From a bacterium (GTDB taxonomy: Bacteria; Bacteroidota; Bacteroidia; CAILMK01; JACPUW01), in the NCBI GenBank assembly GCA_016124515.1, contig WGNN01000006.1, positions 5,638 through 69,637 of the forward strand: DNA of 64,000 nt. Direction: 5' to 3'. Position 1 is the stretch's first letter. Every line of letters starts with the position of its first letter. The notes under the pieces were generated by a model, which saw only the letters and a list, made by a program, of their open reading frames with translations, made no database searches and had not been told where the DNA came from. The position numbers and the translations under genes were made by a program. This document shows, in pieces, positions 56,950 to 64,000 of the stretch.

Positions 56950-59900
56950 CTAATGGGCATTTTTCTGTTCATCTTCTTCCTGTTCGCTAAGAGGTACAAA
57001 ATCTTCGTCATTTATCAATTTACGTCCATCGGCAAGGGTACCAAAGATGTAGTATAGTCCGGGTACAATAATTACCCCGAAAACGGTTCCGAATAGCATA
57101 CCACCCATGGCGGAGGCACCAATGGTTTTGTTGCCAATAGCACCGGGACCGTGGGCAATAATCAAAGGAATAAGACCCGCAATAAAGGCAAATGAAGTCA
57201 TCAAAATTGGTCTGAAACGCACTTTGGCTCCTTCAATAGCCGCGGCCAAGACCGTAAATCCTTCGTGGTGTTTCTGCACCGCAAACTCCACAATCAGTAC
57301 CGCGTTCTTACCCAAGAGCCCGACGAGCATTACTAGGGCCACCTGCGCATATATATCGTTGGCCAAGCCCATTTCCTTTACAAAAAGGAAGGAACCGAAC
57401 ACCCCGGCAGGCAGCGATAAAATTACCGCCAATGGCAGGATGAAACTTTCGTATTGGGCTGAAAGCACAAGGTAAACGAATATGAGTACGATTATGAAAA
57501 TATAAACAGACTCATTACCGCGGCCTGCTTCGTCTTTTTGCAGACCCGCCCAGTCGATATCGAAGCCTTTTGGCAAGGTGGTAGCCGCCACTTCTTTAAT
57601 GGCATCAATGGCTTCACCACTACTGTATCCTTCGGCTGGCGAACAACGAATGGAAGCGGTTGTGTACATATTGTATCGGTTGATCTCGTAGATACCTTGG
57701 GTTTTCACAATCTTCATAAATGATGAATAGGGCACCATTTCGCCTTTATCGTTTTTCACGTAAAGTTTCAGCAAATCGCTGGGCAGCTTACGGAACGATG
57801 GGTCGGCCTGTACGAAGAGTTTGAAAAACCTACCGAACTTGATGAAACCCTGCTCATAGGTACTGCCAATAAGTATGGAAAGGTTGTCCATGGCTTTACC
57901 AATGGAAACACCTTTTTGCATGGCAAGTTGGTTGTCAATTTCAAGTTCGTATTGCGGATAGTCTGTACGGTAGAAGCTGAAAAGGGCTGAAAGTTCAGGT
58001 CGTTTGCCCAAATCATCCATAAACTTCTCATTCACTTCGTTCAGACGTTTGTAATCGATATCGGCGTTTTTGTCGAGCAACTGAAGGGCTATACCACCCG
58101 CCGCACCATAACCCGGTACCGCAGGAGGGTCAAAGAACTCAATACGTGCACCCGGTATGTCTTTGGCCATTTCTTCAAGCTCTTCAATAATCTCGCGCAC
58201 GGTGTGTTCGCGTTGGTTCCAGGGCTTGAGGTTGATGAGACAGGTTCCGGAGTTTGAACCACGACCTTGGGTAAGGATTTCGTATCCCGCCAAAGCCGAA
58301 ATTGATTGAACACCTTCAATTTTAGCAGCCATGTCTTGCAACTGACGGCTAACGGCATAGGTACGCTCAAGTGTAGAACCCGGAGGTGTTTGCAATACCG
58401 CGTAGATCATCCCTTGGTCTTCAGAAGGTATGAAACCCGCAGGAAGAATTTTTGAAACACCAATAGTACCCACCGCAAAGGCAATGAGCAAACCAAAGGT
58501 TACCAATCGGCGGTGCGCAATTAGTTTGAGCAAGCGGGTATAAGTACCCGTGGTCTTGTCAAATCCACGGTTGAAACTATCAAGAAAACGCACCAACAGG
58601 TTACGCTTGCGAGGTTTTTCGTGGTTGTTTTTCAAAATCATGGCACAAAGCACCGGTGTGAGCGTAAGGGCCACAATACCCGAAATAACAATGGAGGATG
58701 CCATGGTGATAGAGAACTGTCGGTAGAAAATACCTACTGGACCTGACATGAAGGCCACCGGTACAAATACCGAAGTCATAAGGAGTGTGATGGCAATAAT
58801 GGCCCCACTGATTTCGCCGAGAACCTCCTTGACCGCATTGAACGGCGACAGGTGTTTCTCTTCCATCTTGGCATGGACCGCCTCAACCACCACAATGGCA
58901 TCATCGACCACAATACCAATGGCCAATACCAAGGCAAAAAGGGTAATGAGGTTGATGGTAAGCCCAAAGGCCTGCATTACAAAGAATGCCCCAATGAGCG
59001 AAACCGGCACCGCCAAAGTAGGAATAAGGGTAGAGCGCCAGTCGCCAAGGAAGATGAAAACCACCAAGGATACCAGAATAAAGGCATCGCGCAAGGTGTG
59101 AATTACCTCTTCAATCGAGGCATCAAGGAAGGTTGATACGTCGTAACTGATTTCGTATTCCACGCCTTCGGGGAAACTTTCTGATAGTTCTTCAAGCTTC
59201 GCTTTCACGCTTTCAATTACATCGGTAGCATTACTACCATAGGTTTGGTTGAGCATAATAGCCGCCGAAGGATATTCGTCTTTGTTGGAGTAAATATCGT
59301 AATACTCACTACCAAGGTCCACCTTCGCTATATCGCGAAGGTGCAAGACCTCGCCGTTGGGGTTGGCTTTAATAATGACGTTCTTATACTGCTCCGGTGA
59401 ATTGTACCGCCCTTGATAGGTAAGTACATATTCTATGGATTCGGACCGTTTACTATCGGCCCTACCGAGCCTACCGGGCGATCCGATAATACTTTGCTCG
59501 GCCAAGGCCTCCATTACTTCTTCTGACGAAATATCATAAGCACGCATACGGTCGGGGTTTAGCCACACCCGCATGGCATACTGCCGGCTACCGATAATCT
59601 TGGCCATACCCACCCCATTGATACGCTGCAACTCGGGCAGCATGTTGATGTAGGCATAGTTGAAGATAAATTTCATGTCGGTGGTGGCTGTATCGGTACC
59701 GTAAAGGTTTACGTACATCAACATGTTGGGCATCAAACGCTGTACGCGCAAACCTTCAAGCTGCACAATTGGCGGGAGCCTGTTTTTCATCTGCTGCACA
59801 CGGTTGTTGATGTTTACCACCGCTTGGTTGGGGTCGCTACCCTTGTAGAATACAATTTGGATGTTGGCCTCGCCCGAACTTGCAGCGGTAGAGAACATGT

Positions 59901-60129
59901 ATTTCATACCCGGTACCCCGTTGATGGCTTGCTCAAGCGGAATAAGCACCGAGTTGGTAAGTACGGTAGAACTCGCTCCCGGATAAGACAAGTACACCAC
60001 CACCATTGGAGGTGCAATGTCGGGGAACTGTGATTTTGGAAGTGTTTTTATAGCAAGGCCTCCCATGAATACAATCACCAGCGAAATCACAATCGCAAGG
60101 GCAGGCCTTCGAATAAATCTTTGAAACAT
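56950..60129 (-). CDS. RND multidrug efflux permease (AcrB/HAE1 family)
   Basis: 1059 aa and 12 TM. Typical N-terminus 'MFQRFIRRPALAIVISLVIVFMGGLAI' and conserved 'AIGIVVDDAIVVVE'. Confidence 0.95.
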   Translation of the reverse strand: MFQRFIRRPALAIVISLVIVFMGGLAIKTLPKSQFPDIAPPMVVVYLSYPGASSTVLTNSVLIPLEQAINGVPGMKYMFSTAASSGEANIQIVFYKGSDPNQAVVNINNRVQQMKNRLPPIVQLEGLRVQRLMPNMLMYVNLYGTDTATTDMKFIFNYAYINMLPELQRINGVGMAKIIGSRQYAMRVWLNPDRMRAYDISSEEVMEALAEQSIIGSPGRLGRADSKRSESIEYVLTYQGRYNSPEQYKNVIIKANPNGEVLHLRDIAKVDLGSEYYDIYSNKDEYPSAAIMLNQTYGSNATDVIESVKAKLEELSESFPEGVEYEISYDVSTFLDASIEEVIHTLRDAFILVSLVVFIFLGDWRSTLIPTLAVPVSLIGAFFVMQAFGLTINLITLFALVLAIGIVVDDAIVVVEAVHAKMEEKHLSPFNAVKEVLGEISGAIIAITLLMTSVFVPVAFMSGPVGIFYRQFSITMASSIVISGIVALTLTPVLCAMILKNNHEKPRKRNLLVRFLDSFNRGFDKTTGTYTRLLKLIAHRRLVTFGLLIAFAVGTIGVSKILPAGFIPSEDQGMIYAVLQTPPGSTLERTYAVSRQLQDMAAKIEGVQSISALAGYEILTQGRGSNSGTCLINLKPWNQREHTVREIIEELEEMAKDIPGARIEFFDPPAVPGYGAAGGIALQLLDKNADIDYKRLNEVNEKFMDDLGKRPELSALFSFYRTDYPQYELEIDNQLAMQKGVSIGKAMDNLSILIGSTYEQGFIKFGRFFKLFVQADPSFRKLPSDLLKLYVKNDKGEMVPYSSFMKIVKTQGIYEINRYNMYTTASIRCSPAEGYSSGEAIDAIKEVAATTLPKGFDIDWAGLQKDEAGRGNESVYIFIIVLIFVYLVLSAQYESFILPLAVILSLPAGVFGSFLFVKEMGLANDIYAQVALVMLVGLLGKNAVLIVEFAVQKHHEGFTVLAAAIEGAKVRFRPILMTSFAFIAGLIPLIIAHGPGAIGNKTIGASAMGGMLFGTVFGVIIVPGLYYIFGTLADGRKLINDEDFVPLSEQEEDEQKNAH

Positions 60130-60155
60130 ATTTAGGTTCTTTTATTCAAGGGTGG

Positions 60156-61235
60156 TTACTCTGCGTACAGTTTCAAGTGGTTGATTACGTGGTTGGGTTT
60201 TTCGAATTCGTATTCAATTTTTTGGTTTTCTCTAACGATACGCAAACCCTCCAACAATATTTTGTCGCTGTATTCCAATCCGGCACGCACTACGTACAAG
60301 TCGGGCAGTTCAGCTGCTATGCTTATTTTCCTTGAGTGTATCACATTGTTTTCGTCAAGTACATACACGTATTTTTTGTCGAGTACCTCGAAAGTGGCTT
60401 TCTGCGGAATGAGCATGGCATTGTTAATCTCTTTGGTTACCAACACATTACCTGTTTCACCGTGACGCAACAACAAATTGGGGTTGGGGAAGGTTGCCCT
60501 GAAGGCAATGTTACCCGTTTCATTGTTGAAGTCGGCTTCTATGGTTCTTACTTCGCCTATTTGGTCAAATATTTTTTGGTTGGCCATGCGCAGTTGCACT
60601 TTCATTACACTGTCTTTGGGGTTCGATTTCAAGTCGAGGTACTCGGCCTCAGGCACGTTGAAATACACCCAAAGTTGGCTGATGTCTGACAGAGTGGTAA
60701 TGAGATCGCCTTCGTCAAGCAAACTACCCAACCTTACATGAAATCGGTCCATAATACCATTGAAAGGAGCCTTGATTTCGGTAAAGTTCAGGTGCACTTG
60801 TGCCAGCGAAAGTTGTGCCTTGGCTTTGTCCAATCGGGCCTTGGCCAGTGCCAATTCGTTGGGCGATACAATGTTGCTATCCGCCAGCGATTTGATGTTT
60901 CGGTATTCAATTTCGGCATACTCGGCTTCGGCTTGCGCTTTTTGAAACTCGGCTTGGTAGAGTGCCGGCATGATTTGAAACATCATTTGCCCTTGGTGGA
61001 TGTATTGCCCTTCGTCAACATATATTTTGTGCAGGTAGCCTCGTTCCAACGCCCTGAGCTCAATGTGTTGGATAGACCTGATTTGACACACATATTCTTT
61101 GGTAAAAAAGGTGTCTTTTTCAATGGGGCTTGTCACGGGAAATTTGGTTTCTTCCACGTGTTCTTTTTTGTGAGATTCACAACCTGTAAACAGCAATGCG
61201 CCTGACAGGCCAATGAGCATGAGAATTCTCCTCAT
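60156..61235 (-). CDS. RND efflux periplasmic adaptor (membrane fusion protein)
   Basis: Lipoprotein signal 'MRRILMLIGLSGALLFTGC'. HlyD-like hairpin and beta-barrel region. Start trimmed (cat at 61233-61235). Confidence 0.9.
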   Translation of the reverse strand: MRRILMLIGLSGALLFTGCESHKKEHVEETKFPVTSPIEKDTFFTKEYVCQIRSIQHIELRALERGYLHKIYVDEGQYIHQGQMMFQIMPALYQAEFQKAQAEAEYAEIEYRNIKSLADSNIVSPNELALAKARLDKAKAQLSLAQVHLNFTEIKAPFNGIMDRFHVRLGSLLDEGDLITTLSDISQLWVYFNVPEAEYLDLKSNPKDSVMKVQLRMANQKIFDQIGEVRTIEADFNNETGNIAFRATFPNPNLLLRHGETGNVLVTKEINNAMLIPQKATFEVLDKKYVYVLDENNVIHSRKISIAAELPDLYVVRAGLEYSDKILLEGLRIVRENQKIEYEFEKPNHVINHLKLYAE

Positions 61236-61392
61236 AGTAAATTTGATTTTAAAGAAAGGAATACGATTTGATGATTTTTTGAAGGTGTGCACCATAACAC
61301 ACTGAAAATTAGGTTTTTGTTTATTGGATTGATGCAGGTATCCGATTGGGTGGCTTGATTATAGTTCAATACCGCTCCCATCGCTGCCATCA

Positions 61393-61806
61393 TCACAATC
61401 TAAAAACCATGAACCTGATAAATAATTGGTGGGTAACGCAATTTGTCAGGCTGGAAACCAAGCCCATGTAGGTAGGAACTACCTTGTATTTTCGGTTTAC
61501 GAAATGTGTGTCGCCGGGATGTTTGTTGAACAACTTGCGCGACATATTGAACTCATCGTCTTCTTCTTCGGCAAGATCGGGGTTTTCTGCCACTAAATGA
61601 GGGGTGCCACTGCCTGAGCGTGAACGCGACATGTAAAGGTGGAGCCCATCGGTAAATTCATAGGTGGATTGTACAGCTGCGTATTGACCATCGCTGTGAA
61701 GGTCAAACACTTTTTCCAGTTGTGCCACGGCCGATATTTGGGTTAAACCGCTCAACAAAAGGAAACATAGGGTAACTATGTTTTTTATGTACGCATCCAT
61801 TTTCAA
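61393..61806 (-). CDS. Hypothetical secreted protein
   Basis: Signal peptide 'MKMDAYIKNIVTLCFLLLSGLTQISAVAQ'. No motif. Confidence 0.4.
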   Translation of the reverse strand: MKMDAYIKNIVTLCFLLLSGLTQISAVAQLEKVFDLHSDGQYAAVQSTYEFTDGLHLYMSRSRSGSGTPHLVAENPDLAEEEDDEFNMSRKLFNKHPGDTHFVNRKYKVVPTYMGLVSSLTNCVTHQLFIRFMVFRL

Positions 61807-62098
61807 GCCGCGAAACTACACCTAACTTCTATACCCCCGATACAAGTATTCTTAAAGACTTGTTAACGAAACGTTTTTTTATCGAAAATAAGGCAGGGAA
61901 AGCCGAACGACTGCTTTTGCACAAAATCTTAATATTGTTAAAAAGCTGCACTCAAGCGTTAAAAATGGCATTTTGCCAAGCCAAAATTGGAGCAGGTGCC
62001 GGATGGTATTTTGGGGCCGATACAGGCAATTGATTCAGCCAAAAGCGGCTGGCCTATTGGGCTGCCAAATTTGAATTGGACTCGTGGCAAAACATCAC

Positions 62099-62977
62099 TT
62101 AGCCGCGCTTTGAAAGTGCTTCCCGGGCCGCATGTCGCCCTATTTCGTAGAGTTCTTTGGCTTTGAAAAAATCGAACATGTTGCACGATTTGTTTGAAAT
62201 TTCAATCAACAAGTCGGGTTTGTGGTATTTGATGGCTTGAATGGCGTTGGCATTTACCATCACATTGATGGTGTCGTTGATGAGCTGAAAGTAGCTTATG
62301 GAGTCGCTCTTCTTTTTGGTGGGCAGCTTGCTTGTGAGCATCTCGTAAAACTCGGTGATTTTGGCATAGTACTGATTGGTTTCTTCTTCCTGTTTTTCAG
62401 GCTCTTCCACCGGCAATTGGTGCTTAGGAATTTCTGAGTTTACATTCACTGCCACCAACATATTGGCATGGCTACGGTCCACATGGTCGAGCGGCAAATT
62501 GTTGAGAATGCCCCCATCCACCAAATGGCCATCGGCAGTCTTTACAGGTGTAATAACCGTAGGAATAGCAATTGAGGCACGGATGGCGTCAAACACGCTT
62601 CCACTTTTAAAAACCACTTCTTTTTGTGAATCAATATTGGTAGCCACGGCGCAAAACGGCACTTTCAGGTCTTCGATATTGGCATCGGCGGTAAACTCCA
62701 TAATGGTATGCAACACGCGTTCGCCTTTCACAAAACCACCTTCACCCAGGGTAAAATCAACCAGTTTGAAGACCTTGCTTCTGTCAAGATCGAACAGCCA
62801 TTTTTTGAATTCCTGCATCTTGCCCAAACCGTATATACCACCCACCACAGCACCCATTGAAGTACCTGCGAGTGAACGGATTTGGTAACCATTTTCTTCT
62901 AAAACTTCAATAACCCCAATGTGGGCAATGCCGCGAGCCCCGCCGCCTGATAATACCAAGGCAATGTCTTTTTCCAT
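62099..62977 (-). CDS. Patatin-like phospholipase
   Basis: Oxyanion 'LSGGGARG', nucleophile elbow 'AGTSMGA', catalytic Asp motif 'DGGILNNLP'. Confidence 0.85.
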   Translation of the reverse strand: MEKDIALVLSGGGARGIAHIGVIEVLEENGYQIRSLAGTSMGAVVGGIYGLGKMQEFKKWLFDLDRSKVFKLVDFTLGEGGFVKGERVLHTIMEFTADANIEDLKVPFCAVATNIDSQKEVVFKSGSVFDAIRASIAIPTVITPVKTADGHLVDGGILNNLPLDHVDRSHANMLVAVNVNSEIPKHQLPVEEPEKQEEETNQYYAKITEFYEMLTSKLPTKKKSDSISYFQLINDTINVMVNANAIQAIKYHKPDLLIEISNKSCNMFDFFKAKELYEIGRHAAREALSKRG

Positions 62978-63005
62978 ACTATGTTTTTTTAATGATGTGA
63001 CAATC

Positions 63006-63656
63006 TTACAATTCTTCAGGACTTATTGTTTTAATAAACTTCACATCCTCGTCGGCGGCGAGTCCGTTGGGATTGCAACCGGGTTTGCCTTCGGGCACAG
63101 GTATTTTCAACTTTTGGTAATAGTCTATCCAAAACGGCAGCAACTCTCCGGTTTCGGTATCTTTAAACGTCATTGGGTCGAGCCCGAAAACTCCGGCGTC
63201 TTGAAAACAATAATAAACGAGCTGCGAACAATACACCGCTGAATCCTGCCACAGGTAAGCAAAATTGTAGGGCTTGCCCAATTGGTCTTTTGCCACTTCG
63301 GCAGCTTCGTTAAGCATGGCCGCATCAAGCTTTTGCAGGCGAAAAAGGTCAACTGTGTTTCCCGCCTCGGCATGTTTCTGCAAAAAATCGCGGATAGAAA
63401 TAGCTCCCACCCCATTTTCGGTAGTGGCTTCAAGCACCTGAAGCTCATGGTTCAAGTTCAAAACAATGGCCACATGCGCGTATGAGCGGTCTTTTTGTGT
63501 ATGGGTTACATCGTCAATAGCCTTGGTAAGCTTGCCGGTGGCGTAGCTCACGAAAAGCAAATCGCCGGCTTTAAGCTGCTCTTTGGGCTGCGCACAGGCA
63601 GTGAAGAGAAAAACGGCGATCAGATACTTGGTGATTTGAAAATGTGGTGATTGCAT
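63006..63656 (-). CDS. Lipoprotein, YiiX/YaeF-like permuted papain-fold enzyme candidate
   Basis: Lipobox 'LFTAC'. 'GDLLFVS', 'SHVAIV', 'YCSQLVYYCF' give a Cys/His arrangement like the permuted NlpC/P60 clan. Confidence 0.45.
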   Translation of the reverse strand: MQSPHFQITKYLIAVFLFTACAQPKEQLKAGDLLFVSYATGKLTKAIDDVTHTQKDRSYAHVAIVLNLNHELQVLEATTENGVGAISIRDFLQKHAEAGNTVDLFRLQKLDAAMLNEAAEVAKDQLGKPYNFAYLWQDSAVYCSQLVYYCFQDAGVFGLDPMTFKDTETGELLPFWIDYYQKLKIPVPEGKPGCNPNGLAADEDVKFIKTISPEEL

Positions 63657-63691
63657 AACTCGTTACGAAGGAAATTCAAAAATAACCATTT

Positions 63692-64000
63692 GATGTGCTG
63701 ATTTGCTGATGCGATAATGATTTGGAAATTTGGAAATTTGAAGATTTGAAAATGGAAGGGAATCACTTGTCTCGTTTGCAACGAGATTCAAAAATTATCT
63801 CTTTGTTGTGCGGAGGTGGGAAGTGAGCGGGTGAGTTCTTTTTACAATCAACCATTACTTTTTGTCCATTTTCAATTCCAGATGTCATTCCGCACTTGAT
63901 GCGGAATCTGTTGTGGTGATGTTGATGATTTGCTGATGTGCTGATGTGCTAATTTGCTGATGCGATGATGATTTGGAAATTTGATGATTTGAAGATTTGA
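63692..64000. repeat. Imperfect direct repeats of a (gatttg/gctgatg)-rich ~50-80-bp unit flanking two short hairpins
   Basis: 63692-63756 'tgatgtgctgatttgctgatgcgataatgatttggaaatttgg...ttgaagatttga' recurs at 63917-64000. Hairpins 'tctcgtttgcaacgaga' (63770-63786) and 'attccgca cttga tgcggaat' (63887-63907). Confidence 0.5.

Noticed and set aside
63692-64000. CRISPR array
   Set aside because: The repeats are imperfect, of unequal length, AT-rich simple-sequence-like and only two in number. There are no regular spacers and no cas genes nearby.

Overview
This window looks like a Bacteroidota chromosome segment. Evidence: type IX secretion (T9SS) C-terminal sorting domains on two large secreted proteins, LytTR and hybrid two-component genes, and an LruC-like secreted protein.

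Layout:
- 0.1-6 kb: two-component cluster (REC-only protein, a membrane PAS/HisKA/REC protein with no ATPase domain, a LytTR regulator, a cytoplasmic hybrid histidine kinase).
- 6-19 kb: 12-gene minus-strand exopolysaccharide locus. It holds four GT2 and GT4 glycosyltransferases, a SAM methyltransferase, a sulfotransferase, a Wzx flippase, a Wzc-like chain-length protein with a degenerate kinase domain, a half-size TolC-like outer-membrane protein and the initiating sugar transferase. A REC-only gene abuts its head.
- 18.6-19.9 kb: two paralogous orphan receivers and a clear intrinsic terminator.
- 19.9-28.2 kb: secreted and T9SS proteins.
- 26.6-40.1 kb: AT-rich accessory (defence-like) island next to truA. 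It begins with a translationally abutting pair, a PLD(HKD)-nuclease fused to an SNF2/ResIII helicase (1109 aa) plus a 1128-aa gamma-class N6-adenine methyltransferase. This pair is DISARM class 1-like or Type ISP-like but lacks DrmA and DrmB. Eight small genes follow, including an Abi-like membrane protein, a PD-(D/E)xK-like protein and a DprA/SLOG-like protein.
- 40.9-47.7 kb: five-gene minus-strand operon. It contains a RavA-like MoxR AAA+ ATPase, an 857-aa vWA-like protein, a 605-aa TPR-like repeat protein and two unknown proteins. I read it as a candidate vWA-MoxR 'ternary' NTP-dependent conflict system.
- 47.8-64 kb: pentapeptide-repeat protein, an OmpA-family protein, a T9SS GH13 alpha-amylase with four copies of an unassigned domain, an RND efflux pump (outer-membrane, permease and adaptor subunits), a patatin and a YiiX-like lipoprotein.

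No rRNA, tRNA or CRISPR array was recognised by eye.
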